Assembly: GCA_018221045.1 (NCBI GenBank)
Contig: JAAOXT010000024.1
Location: 1 to 62,443, forward strand
Source of the DNA: Nanobdellota archaeon
GTDB taxonomy: Archaea; Nanobdellota; Nanobdellia; JAAOXT01
Length of the DNA: 62,443 bases
Reading direction: 5' to 3'
This document shows, piece after piece, positions 36,121 through 44,776 of the stretch. The notes beneath the pieces are model-generated. The model saw nothing but the letters and a program-made list of their open reading frames with translations, had not been told where the DNA came from and searched no databases. The translations under genes and the position numbers were made by a program. How positions within the stretch are numbered: position 1 is the first letter of the stretch; the number at the start of each line of letters is the position of its first letter.

Positions 36121-37230
36121 ATGGCTAAGAAGAAACTCAAGAAAAAAAAGGAAGAAGTGAAAGAAGAGGAAGAAGATGTTGTTGAGTTAACCCTCAATTT
36201 TAATAAATCTCATGTTTACTTGCTGGTAGCCTTGGTTGTAGGGTTTGGTTTGGGTTACGTAACCCATTTGTTCACAACACCAACCTTGACTGGCGCGGCA
36301 GTCTCCACTGGAGGAAACATTCAAACTCCTCAAGGCGGTGAAGTGAATCTAAGAATTTTGAATGACCCTACCTGCGAAGTTTGCGACCCGTCAGTAATCA
36401 TTACAAGCTTGCAGAAGGATCTTGGGTTGAATTTGAATGTTCAAACAATTGATTACGATTCGAGCGAGGGAAAAGCTTTGATTGACAGTTTTGAATTGAA
36501 CGGGGTTCCAGCTTACATTTTCGATGAAACAATAACAACTTCTGAAGCTTACTCGCAATTAAGTCAATACTTAACAGCAAAGGGAAATGATTACTTATTA
36601 GCAGTTAGTCCAGCTAAGTTCACTGAACCAATCCCTGATTGGACTGGAACCAAGCCAACAGTGATGTTGTTCGTTATGAGTCAATGCCCATACGGGGTTC
36701 AAGCAGAGAAAGCGGCTAAACCTTTAGTTGACGCTTTTGGAGACGAAATAGACTTCCAAGTGCACTTCATTGCAACAGATAACGGTGACGGAACCTTCAA
36801 AAGCTTGCACGACCAGCCTGAAGTTGACGGCGACCTGAGACAGGTTTGCATTCAAAAATATTATTCTGATAAATACTGGGATTACTTGTTGTGCGTTGAA
36901 CCGAACTACAAGGGATTAGGAGACGTGTGGGAGGGTTGTGCAGTGCAGAACGGAATAGATGTTGAAATCATTAAATCTTGCGCTGAAGGAAGCGAAGGAC
37001 AACAGCTTTTGAGCGAGAGCATCGCAGCATCCAACCAGTTCGGGGCATCAAGCTCGCCGACCACGTTCGTGGTGGACAGTGAAGGAATGCTTTACAGGAC
37101 AGATGTCAGGAACGGGGCGCAAGTCCAATCCATTCTTTGCGGAATAGATTCTACGCTAACTGGTTGTGACGCAATCCTTGAAGGCACGACTGCTCAGGCG
37201 CAAGGCGCTCAGGCACAGGGCGGATGCTAA
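36121..37230 (+). CDS. Membrane-anchored thioredoxin/DsbA-like protein (two Trx-like domains)
   Basis: TM segment; CEVC motif and LNGVP cis-Pro; second domain FVMSQCPYG...SSPT. Confidence 0.75.
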   Translation: MAKKKLKKKKEEVKEEEEDVVELTLNFNKSHVYLLVALVVGFGLGYVTHLFTTPTLTGAAVSTGGNIQTPQGGEVNLRILNDPTCEVCDPSVIITSLQKDLGLNLNVQTIDYDSSEGKALIDSFELNGVPAYIFDETITTSEAYSQLSQYLTAKGNDYLLAVSPAKFTEPIPDWTGTKPTVMLFVMSQCPYGVQAEKAAKPLVDAFGDEIDFQVHFIATDNGDGTFKSLHDQPEVDGDLRQVCIQKYYSDKYWDYLLCVEPNYKGLGDVWEGCAVQNGIDVEIIKSCAEGSEGQQLLSESIAASNQFGASSSPTTFVVDSEGMLYRTDVRNGAQVQSILCGIDSTLTGCDAILEGTTAQAQGAQAQGGC

Positions 37231-37262
37231 GAAATCTTTAATCAAACCTCTTGTTTTCTATT

Positions 37263-37298
37263 AAAAATAGGGTTCTAAGGCTTGAAAACCCTGTTTTT
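37263..37298. terminator. Inverted repeat/hairpin between the Trx-like gene and the histone gene
   Basis: AAAAATAGGGTT-N12-AACCCTGTTTTT (11 Watson-Crick pairs plus one G-U); terminator or operator. Confidence 0.4.
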
Positions 37299-37356
37299 AG
37301 TAGTTAAGCTTTTAAAGTAGTGTTACTAGAAAAAAAATCAAAGGTGTTATATTACA

Positions 37357-37527
37357 ATGGCAATAGTAACAAAAACAGAAGTAAAAAAATTGGCTGCAAA
37401 AGCCAACATGAGAATCTCAGGAGAATTCTGGGGTGCAATAGACGAAACAATTGAGTGGAAAATAAAAAACGCCGTGAAAAGAGCAAAAGGTAACGGCAGA
37501 AAAACACTCAAAGCTTACGACCTATAA
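37357..37527 (+). CDS. Short histone-fold protein (face-to-face/FtF, DUF1931-like histone)
   Basis: Not in the ORF track (56 aa): MAIVTKTEVKKLAAKANMRISGEFWGAIDETIEWKIKNAVKRAKGNGRKTLKAYDL. Has alpha1-L1 (RIS), long alpha2, RAKxNGRKT L2 and a truncated alpha3. Confidence 0.9.
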   Translation: MAIVTKTEVKKLAAKANMRISGEFWGAIDETIEWKIKNAVKRAKGNGRKTLKAYDL

Positions 37528-37545
37528 AAACTCGCAATAACCCCC

Positions 37546-37570
37546 TTTTTTTTCTTTTTTCTTTTTTTTT
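37546..37570 (+). terminator. Oligo(T) terminator after the histone gene
   Basis: T-tract TTTTTTTTCTTTTTTCTTTTTTTTT between convergent genes. Confidence 0.65.
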
Positions 37571-38328
37571 CAAACACCTAGTTTTGACAAGACAAAATCA
37601 TAATCATGGTTAGGAACGAGTTCAACCCCTCCCCCCAATAAAACATTCTTGTGTTTATCCATTAATTTTTTACTAGGATTAATCAAAAAACCAGTTCCTT
37701 GCTTTAAACTACTAGCCTTTAACAAGAACTCAAAATCATTATCAGAATCTCCCATCGCAGCCACGACACTCGGAGCCTGACCGTACTTCAACTCAAAAGC
37801 AGTATACAAGTCCGTAAGAGCGTTGACTTTATTCCCAAAAAAATACGGACAAGACTCAATACTGGAAACCAAACCCTTAGAATCATAAATAATGCTTTGA
37901 GGGGGCGTGAAAAAATCAAAACCCAAATCTTTCTGAGCAATACTGCAAAGACTTGTAAGACCATTACTAACCACTGCTACAAGAAAACCCTCTTCCTGAA
38001 GTCGTGAGACAAACTCTTTTGCGCCTTCAATTGGTTCATAATGACTTTTAACAAATCCTTCAATAAAATCTTTTGAGGGCTCTTTTCCCTCTCCTTTTAA
38101 CCAAATGGAAACCAAATCAGAATTCCATTCCCGCTGATCTTCCAATGTTTGATCAGAATCAATAAACCTTTGATAAAATTTGTAATCCTGTTCTCCACTA
38201 ACCCCCAGTTCTTTGTTGAGTTTTTCGAAAACACTGAACCCTCTTGTCAAAGTTCCTTCAAGGTCGCTTACAAAAAGCTTATCATAACCATTATCTGGAA
38301 GATGTTTAACAATATCGTCAACTATCAT
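37570..38328 (-). CDS. HAD-IB hydrolase (phosphoserine phosphatase/ThrH-like)
   Basis: SDLEGTLT motif I (DxE), VVSNG motif II, K, MGDSDND motif IV. Confidence 0.8.
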   Translation of the reverse strand: MIVDDIVKHLPDNGYDKLFVSDLEGTLTRGFSVFEKLNKELGVSGEQDYKFYQRFIDSDQTLEDQREWNSDLVSIWLKGEGKEPSKDFIEGFVKSHYEPIEGAKEFVSRLQEEGFLVAVVSNGLTSLCSIAQKDLGFDFFTPPQSIIYDSKGLVSSIESCPYFFGNKVNALTDLYTAFELKYGQAPSVVAAMGDSDNDFEFLLKASSLKQGTGFLINPSKKLMDKHKNVLLGGGVELVPNHDYDFVLSKLGV

Positions 38329-38387
38329 AACTAAAAAAATATTAATAAAAAACCTTTTTTAACAATTAATGTAGTACAACAACGATA

Positions 38388-38972
38388 ATGAACCACTATT
38401 ATTCAAAGAATCAAACATCCGAATTCAACGTTAAGAAAATTAAGGAAAACCTATTAGGTTTTGACTTGGTCTTTAACACAAGTCCAGGAGTTTTCTCAAA
38501 AAGAAAGGTTGACAGAGGAACCAAGGCACTGATTAAGTTCATGCAAGTCAAAAAAGACCAAAGAGTGTTGGATATGGGTTGCGGTTACGGTCCTGTAGGC
38601 GTGGTTTGCGCTAAGCTAGGAGCCAAGCCCGTTCTCGTGGACGTGAACCCAAGAGCAGTGCTTCTGGCGAAGCGCAACTTAAAGGAGAACAACGTTTGGG
38701 GCAAAGCGTTTCAGAGCAGTTTTTACAGCAAGGTTGGTGATGGTTTTGACGTAATCCTTTCTAATCCTCCAATAGCTGCTGGCAGAAGTGTTTGCGTCAA
38801 GATCATTGAAGATTCCGTCAGTCATTTGAGGGTTGGGGGGAGCTTGCAATTCGTGGCTCGCCATCATCATGGAGGCAAAGCCTTGCAAGATAAAATGGTA
38901 GAATTTTTTGGGAATGTTGAAGTTCTCGGTAAGTCAGGCGGGTTCTGGGTTTATAAGAGTGTGAAGAAGTAA
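38388..38972 (+). CDS. RsmC/MJ0882-like class I methyltransferase (MTS family)
   Basis: PGVFSKRKVDRGT, LDMGCGYG, SNPPI. Confidence 0.88.
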   Translation: MNHYYSKNQTSEFNVKKIKENLLGFDLVFNTSPGVFSKRKVDRGTKALIKFMQVKKDQRVLDMGCGYGPVGVVCAKLGAKPVLVDVNPRAVLLAKRNLKENNVWGKAFQSSFYSKVGDGFDVILSNPPIAAGRSVCVKIIEDSVSHLRVGGSLQFVARHHHGGKALQDKMVEFFGNVEVLGKSGGFWVYKSVKK

Positions 38973-39007
38973 AAATTTATTAATTGATTCCTCCTCTGTT
39001 CTTGAAT

Positions 39008-39205
39008 ATGAAATCTTTGGTGGATAAGGAATTATTGAAGATTTTGGCCTGCCCGTTGTGCAAGTCCGACCTGAAACTCTTTGATTACAGAGGTAAGAAG
39101 AAAAAGATTGACGGGGAGCTCGTGTGCCAGAACAAGAAGTGCGGTGAGAAGTATCCGATAGAGGATGGCATTCCAATACTGCTTCCACCCAACCTGAGGG
39201 ATTAG
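39008..39205 (+). CDS. Trm112-family methyltransferase activator
   Basis: LLKILACPLCKSDL...LVCQ..CGEKYPIEDGIPILLPP. Confidence 0.9.
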   Translation: MKSLVDKELLKILACPLCKSDLKLFDYRGKKKKIDGELVCQNKKCGEKYPIEDGIPILLPPNLRD

Positions 39206-39274
39206 AGATAATACAATAAAGTATGTTTTGGTTTTCAATAATGTTTTTTAATAGTTATTTCATCGGGTTTAGGG

Positions 39275-39901
39275 ATGACGTTACGAGATCTTTACGAGCA
39301 AAACCCGTGGATTCCTGAATTTGAACGAGCACGACGAGAGAAACTTATTCAGCTTTCAAAAGAGAGAACGATTTATTCTATAGACGAGCTTGACGGAACT
39401 TGGAAAAACTTGGTTCGAACCGCGAGAGTGGCTCAAAGTAGGGCTTACCCTCCTTTTTCAGACTATTTCGTGGGGGCAGCCGTTCTCGGCAGCGACGAAG
39501 AACTTTACTGGGGTTGCAATAGGGAACACGCTCTTTTTACGCTCACCGTCCACGCTGAAGGCGCAGCGATAAGCCATATGGTTTCTGGCAAAGACGTTGA
39601 AAGCCTGGTCGAAAAAATGATTCAGGAAAACGAGATGGAGTTCACGAATCTTGAGCCAAGAGACTTGCCAAAAGTCAGAAGGCTCGCAGTGGTCGTTCCT
39701 AAAAAAAAAGATCCTTCAATACCAGTTCTTCCCTGCGGTCTATGTAGAGCGGATATCAGCGAGTTAATGGAGAGTCCTGACATCAGGATTCTGAGCACTT
39801 TCCCAAAAGGGGACTTAGCAATGATGGTCAGCCTGGACGAACTTTACCCGCACAGGTTTGACTCCACGTTCTTAGAAACTTTTAGCAAGGAAGAAAACTA
39901 A
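39275..39901 (+). CDS. Cytidine deaminase-family protein
   Basis: AYPPFSDYFVGAA, HAEGAAI and PCGLCR zinc motifs intact. Confidence 0.85.
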   Translation: MTLRDLYEQNPWIPEFERARREKLIQLSKERTIYSIDELDGTWKNLVRTARVAQSRAYPPFSDYFVGAAVLGSDEELYWGCNREHALFTLTVHAEGAAISHMVSGKDVESLVEKMIQENEMEFTNLEPRDLPKVRRLAVVVPKKKDPSIPVLPCGLCRADISELMESPDIRILSTFPKGDLAMMVSLDELYPHRFDSTFLETFSKEEN

Positions 39902-39938
39902 AATTATATATGCGTGCTAAAACATTTCTATCATCCTA

Positions 39939-41582
39939 ATGAAGGAGTTAAAGGATTTTATCAAAAAAGTGTTGGGAGAGGAAGTTTGGCTGGAGACTCC
40001 GCCAAACCCTTCAATGGGGGATTACTCTACTATCATAGCTTTTCACATATCAAAGAAAAAGGGGAGAACCCCCAAGGAAACGGCGGAGAGGTTGGTCAAG
40101 AAATTGAATAAGAAGAAGCCGAGAATGATTAAAGAAATCAAAAGGTTTGGGCCTTACATCAATTTCTTCATTGACAGGGACGCGCTTGTCAGAAAAACGG
40201 TTCGCCAAGCATTGAAAAAAGGTTATGGCTCCATGAATATAGGAAAAGGAAAGAAAGCTTTGGTCGAGCACGCGAGCATCAACCCTAACGCTTCCCCTCA
40301 CGTTGGCAGGTCCAGAAACGCGATGATTGGGGACGTCATTGTTCGCGTCCTAAAATTCTTGAATTATAAAGTGAATGCTCATTACCTTGTTAACGACGCG
40401 GGAAAACAAATAGCGATGCTAGTCCTCGGAGCAAGGAATAGAAAAAAAATTGATTTTGACTCGTTGCTGGACATTTACGTTGAAATAAACAAGAAATTAG
40501 AGTTGGACCCAGAGATTGAAAAAAAGGTTTTCGAGCTCTTGAACAAATTTGAAAAAGGGCACGGGCCAACCGTTAAAGAATTCAATAGAGTCGTGGGGAC
40601 TTGTATTAGAGGCCAGAAAAAAATTTTCAACGACTTTGGAATAGGATATGATTATTATGATTACGAGAGCCAGTACTTGTGGAACAGGAAGGTTGATGTG
40701 GTTCTTAAAAAACTGGAAAAAACGGGAAGGGTTTTCGTGGACGAGAATGGTCGAAAAGTTTTGGACCTTAAAGGCTTTGACTTGCCTATGAGAACCCCTG
40801 TTTTCGTGCTCACCAGGGAGGACGGCACTTCGCTTTATGGGCTTCGCGATTTAGCTTATAACCTAGACAAAGCGAAAACCAAGAAAAACGTGGTGGTCTT
40901 GGGTGAGGACCATAAGTTGTATTTTCAGCAAATAAAGGCGAGTCTTGGATTAATCGGTGTTGAAGCACCTGAAATAGTTCATTACTCTTTCATCTTACTT
41001 AAAGAAGGTAAAATGTCCACGCGACGAGGTAAAGTCGTGTTGTTGGAGGATTTCATGAAAGAAGCTGTGACCAGGATTAAAAAAATAATGGTTGGCAGAA
41101 AGATTTCAAAAAAAGACTTTGACAAGATTGCCAAGCAAGTTGCTTACGCTGCTATAAAGTATTCTTTGCTCAAGGTTAGTCCTGACAAAAACGTTGTGTT
41201 TGACTGGGAGCAGGCCTTGAACATGGAGGGTGACAGCGGCCCTTACCTTCAGTACTCAGTGGTTCGCGCGAAGAAGATACTGTCTAAATCCAGAAAAAAA
41301 CGTTCTCTCAACTTTAAGGCTGTTGATGACAATTCCTTTAATCTCTGTAAGAAAATGTCGGAATTCCCTGGCGTTGTGAAGAAATTCAGCGAAAATTATA
41401 AGCCCAACCTCATCGCTAATTACGTGCTGGAACTCGCAAAGTTGTTCAACGAGTTCTACGCTCAAACAAGAGTCATCGGCTCCGAGCAGGAGGGTCAAAG
41501 ACTAGCATTGGTAAAGGCTGTGTCGAATGTTCTCGCGACAGGCATGGGCTTGCTGGGTTTAGAAGTGCCTAAGGAAATGTGA
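39939..41582 (+). CDS. argS: Arginine--tRNA ligase
   Basis: SINPNASPHVGRSRN (HIGH), GKMSTRRG (KMSKS), GDSGPYLQY. Confidence 0.97.
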   Translation: MKELKDFIKKVLGEEVWLETPPNPSMGDYSTIIAFHISKKKGRTPKETAERLVKKLNKKKPRMIKEIKRFGPYINFFIDRDALVRKTVRQALKKGYGSMNIGKGKKALVEHASINPNASPHVGRSRNAMIGDVIVRVLKFLNYKVNAHYLVNDAGKQIAMLVLGARNRKKIDFDSLLDIYVEINKKLELDPEIEKKVFELLNKFEKGHGPTVKEFNRVVGTCIRGQKKIFNDFGIGYDYYDYESQYLWNRKVDVVLKKLEKTGRVFVDENGRKVLDLKGFDLPMRTPVFVLTREDGTSLYGLRDLAYNLDKAKTKKNVVVLGEDHKLYFQQIKASLGLIGVEAPEIVHYSFILLKEGKMSTRRGKVVLLEDFMKEAVTRIKKIMVGRKISKKDFDKIAKQVAYAAIKYSLLKVSPDKNVVFDWEQALNMEGDSGPYLQYSVVRAKKILSKSRKKRSLNFKAVDDNSFNLCKKMSEFPGVVKKFSENYKPNLIANYVLELAKLFNEFYAQTRVIGSEQEGQRLALVKAVSNVLATGMGLLGLEVPKEM

Positions 41583-41630
41583 AGAAAAAATCGGAACGTT
41601 TTTTAAGCCAGTCCCCATATTTTTTTTTAG

Positions 41631-42266
41631 ATGAACGGGGTTGAGAGAAGAATACTTTATGCAATGAGGTATGATTCCCCTATTGATTTTTTCGAGTCTT
41701 TGAGTGAAGAGTTTAAATTGAAAGTTTTTGCTTACATGGATGAGGGCGTGACGATAGATAATGATTTGAGGCAGGTTTTGACTGGTTTGGAGACGGGTCA
41801 GGGAGTGTTGGAGTCTTTGCCGAAGAAAGAGGGTTTTTCTGAAGAAGAAATTGACGTTCTCGCGTATGGTTTGAAGCGGATCCCGATTTGTCTCGGCACG
41901 TCTCTTGAGCTTGACCGCGACCCTAGCGAATGGCCCAAATTGAAAGAGAGTTCTTTGGGCTTGTTGATTAACATGCCTGAGCACTGGCTTTTCAGTGCTC
42001 GCATGAATTCTTGCAGGATCGGGGTGCGCACGTTGAGAGACAGTTTGCTTTACAGTTTCATCATTCTAGATAAGGTTGATTATAAAAAACCGTTGGTCCA
42101 GACCTTGAATTGGGATGAAGAGGATTTTAGCGAGTTTTCGGTTAGACCTGGTTTGTTGGGCAATATGGCTCAGAATGAGATTATTAAAAAACAGTTGGCC
42201 GTTCAAAGAGATGAATTGCTTGAGGGTTTGCGCGGCGATGAGGCGTGGAAGAACATGTACGTTTGA
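41631..42266 (+). CDS. Hypothetical protein
   Basis: 211-aa acidic ORF. Confidence 0.6.
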   Translation: MNGVERRILYAMRYDSPIDFFESLSEEFKLKVFAYMDEGVTIDNDLRQVLTGLETGQGVLESLPKKEGFSEEEIDVLAYGLKRIPICLGTSLELDRDPSEWPKLKESSLGLLINMPEHWLFSARMNSCRIGVRTLRDSLLYSFIILDKVDYKKPLVQTLNWDEEDFSEFSVRPGLLGNMAQNEIIKKQLAVQRDELLEGLRGDEAWKNMYV

Positions 42267-42318
42267 AAAAAAAAATCTAGGACAAGTTTTAAAAAAGCTT
42301 TCTTCCAAAGTCTTGGTT

Positions 42319-42402
42319 GCCGGGATGGCAGAGCAGTCTAATGCGCGGGACTTGAGATCCCGTGAGCTTCGGCTCACCTGGGTGCGAATCCCAGTCCCGG
42401 CG
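42319..42402 (+). tRNA. tRNA-Ser (anticodon TGA), long variable arm, CCA not encoded
   Basis: Acceptor GCCGGGA/TCCCGGC; anticodon arm CGGGA-CTTGAGA-TCCCG; variable arm TGAGC-TTCG-GCTCA; T arm CTGGG-TGCGAAT-CCCAG. Confidence 0.93.
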
Positions 42403-42405
42403 TCT

Positions 42406-42807
42406 TTAAACCTTTAAAACATACTTAATCGTCGCTTTAGTGGATGGCTCGTACCTGTCCGTGGCGAACCATCCCTTGACCGGCTGTTCCCTAAACTGGC
42501 CTTCTACAAGATCAAAATAAACCACTTCAACCCCTCTCCTTCTAAAGACTGAACGGTCAACGTCCAGCCAAAAACCCTTCCTTTCCTCAACCAAGTTTTC
42601 AAAAATCTTCTCCAACAAGCTTAAAGCCCTGCCCGCGGGCAACTCATGCTTAGACGGCAGAACCTGAGCCCAAGCGTCCTCCTTTAAATCAACCCTAACC
42701 AAGTAATCATCCAAGACTTGCATAGCACTCCTGAAACCGTCACGACCAACCTCTTCCTCCAGAACTTTTCTTCTGCCAAGATTCCTGACACGTCTTAAAA
42801 ACTTCAT
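42406..42807 (-). CDS. Hypothetical protein
   Basis: 133-aa ORF convergent on tRNA-Ser. Confidence 0.55.
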   Translation of the reverse strand: MKFLRRVRNLGRRKVLEEEVGRDGFRSAMQVLDDYLVRVDLKEDAWAQVLPSKHELPAGRALSLLEKIFENLVEERKGFWLDVDRSVFRRRGVEVVYFDLVEGQFREQPVKGWFATDRYEPSTKATIKYVLKV

Positions 42808-42864
42808 CGCCTTGCTTTAAAAAGAATCATTTAAAAAACTTTCCAAGATTAAAGCAATAACATA

Positions 42865-43383
42865 ATGAAAAACTTAATACTTGACTACATTCCATTCATC
42901 ATAATAGGAATAATATATTTTCCCCTGCTTGCACTCATAATCCTAACCCACATCATCGATTACCGAATTCTCAAAACAATCCACGTCAAAAAAAACAAAT
43001 GGAGCCTAAACATTTGTTGCGGAAACACTGACGGTGGCGGAATGAACGCGGACGTCGTGAAAAGAAACGTGCCAAACTTCAAACAAATAAAAAACGTTTA
43101 CAAACTCCCCTTCAAAAACAAAGAGTTCAAAAAAGTTTTGTGCTCCCACACGATGGAACACTTGGAAAAACCCGACGAGTTCTACAAAGAACTGAAAAGA
43201 GTTGGAGAAAACGTGACAATCCTAATCCCCCCAATATGGGATTTACTGGGCTGGCTCGCTTTCCGAGAACACAAATGGCAATTCCTAACACCCAAAACCA
43301 AACACGAAAACAAGCTGCCCAAAAAAATCAAGCTACCCTACTGGAAAATACAAAAAAAACTAGGGCAAGAAATCAGGTGCTAA
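42865..43383 (+). CDS. Membrane-anchored methyltransferase-domain protein (Methyltransf_11-like)
   Basis: N-terminal TM; LNICCG..NAD, LPFKNKEF..CSHTMEHL. Confidence 0.7.
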   Translation: MKNLILDYIPFIIIGIIYFPLLALIILTHIIDYRILKTIHVKKNKWSLNICCGNTDGGGMNADVVKRNVPNFKQIKNVYKLPFKNKEFKKVLCSHTMEHLEKPDEFYKELKRVGENVTILIPPIWDLLGWLAFREHKWQFLTPKTKHENKLPKKIKLPYWKIQKKLGQEIRC

Positions 43384-44003
43384 CTCTTCAAAACACTCAT
43401 CAAAGACTCCTGAGTTCCTTCAACAGCCTCGCAAACCCATAACTTAGTGCTTTCTTTATCTAACTCGCCGATAAAACCTCTTAAAACAATATCAGAAAAA
43501 CCTTCCAAGATAAACTCGGACCTTTTCTTAAAACACGAAACAAGGTCTTTAGTCTCTCTTTCCTTATAACATTCAGTTCTCAAATGAATTCCAAACTCTA
43601 AATCATCAATGGAAACCCCTGGAGAAAAAAGGATGTCAGGATAACCCTGATTCAAAAAGTAAACAGATATATCATTACAAATAGGTATCAAAAAATCGGT
43701 GCTAAAATCCGCAAAAATCTCTCCAACAACATCTCTTATTACTGAATGCTCCGCAATTTTTGACAAATAATCCTTATAACCAATCCCATATCTTTCAATA
43801 ATTTCAACTTTTTGTTCAACAAAACGACCAAGACCTTTTCTATACATAATTGAATCGCCGGAATCAACACCAATCAAAACAAGATTCTTACATAATTTAT
43901 CAAAATCATAAACAGCTGTCGTGTCAACAACTAATTTGTCAGCCTCTTCAACAGAAATTTCTGGTCTAAGCCCGGAAACATCACCATCAAACAAACGTCT
44001 CAT
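43380..44003 (-). CDS. Hypothetical protein
   Basis: 207-aa ORF. Confidence 0.55.
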   Translation of the reverse strand: MRRLFDGDVSGLRPEISVEEADKLVVDTTAVYDFDKLCKNLVLIGVDSGDSIMYRKGLGRFVEQKVEIIERYGIGYKDYLSKIAEHSVIRDVVGEIFADFSTDFLIPICNDISVYFLNQGYPDILFSPGVSIDDLEFGIHLRTECYKERETKDLVSCFKKRSEFILEGFSDIVLRGFIGELDKESTKLWVCEAVEGTQESLMSVLKS

Positions 44004-44057
44004 GAACTAAAAAAGAGAAATTCGAAATAAAAGTTTTTCGATTACAACAAACCTTAA

Positions 44058-44102
44058 ATAGTGTCAAAATTACTATAAGTATTAGTGTTATAATAACAAT
44101 AA
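44058..44102. promoter_or_regulatory. Two tandem candidate NrtR operators (GT-N7-AC) downstream of a TATA box
   Basis: ATAGTGT-CAAAATT-ACTATAA (44058-44078) and TTAGTGT-TATAATA-ACAATAA (44082-44102); TATA-like TTAAATA at 44054-44060. Confidence 0.6.
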
Positions 44103-44113
44103 GGTGATGTTTT

Positions 44114-44776
44114 ATGCACAGAAGAAAAAACAAACAAGAAATGGACCTTATCCTTTACTTAGAAGAAGGGTACGCGCATAGACGTGTTTTAGAATTCATT
44201 AAAAAAACAGAGGGAGCTACCCTTGAACAAATCGCGGACAGCTTTACAGGAAGCGAAATGTGCCACGACCCGTACGCGCCAGGTCATAAAAAAGAGATAA
44301 ACATAGACCTCAACGACCCCACTGCTGTCAGGCAGGCCAGAATAACAAACTTAGAGTTCTACGACATAATGGGCAAATTAAGCGATTACTCCTACTTAGA
44401 AGAAAAAGTTTACAGGATAAACGGGCAGGGAATCAAAATTCTTGAAACAGCAGAGAAAACAAAAAAAGCTTATGAAAAATGGGCAAAAGTGCTTGAAGAA
44501 AAAATAATACCTCACGCGCTTGGAGAACTCCTGAGAATAAAAATTGAAGTGAACCCGCACGCAAACGGGATTCCAGAAGACTTCGTTCGCGACCTGATAC
44601 GAAAGGATAAAGAAATCCCTAATTTAATCGCAGAGCTTGATGACAGGGACCTCTCAAGAATATTAAAACTAATAAACGGGATTGACATAGCCCGCCACGA
44701 TCAGATAACCTTCAAAAGAGAAGAGAGTTGGTGGAGGGACAAACAACTTCCAGAGGTGAGCATCCTTGACATCTGA
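44114..44776 (+). CDS. Hypothetical protein, possible N-terminal winged helix
   Basis: RRVLEFIKKTEGATLEQIADSF; GGTGA SD; first gene of the nadA operon. Confidence 0.6.
   Translation: MHRRKNKQEMDLILYLEEGYAHRRVLEFIKKTEGATLEQIADSFTGSEMCHDPYAPGHKKEINIDLNDPTAVRQARITNLEFYDIMGKLSDYSYLEEKVYRINGQGIKILETAEKTKKAYEKWAKVLEEKIIPHALGELLRIKIEVNPHANGIPEDFVRDLIRKDKEIPNLIAELDDRDLSRILKLINGIDIARHDQITFKREESWWRDKQLPEVSILDI

Noticed and set aside
37341-37356. NrtR-like box upstream of the histone gene (GGTGT-TATATT-ACAAT)
   Set aside because: The spacer is 6 nt rather than 7, and the sequence overlaps the likely SD/start region.
42319-42402. Selenocysteine or stop-suppressor tRNA
   Set aside because: Anticodon TGA reads the UCA (Ser) codon; tRNA-Sec would have anticodon TCA and a longer acceptor stem.
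42115-42417. 100-aa ORF spanning tRNA-Ser, and the upstream extension of the L18e ORF (52150-52206) over tRNA-Leu
   Set aside because: These are translations through tRNA genes, not real coding sequence.
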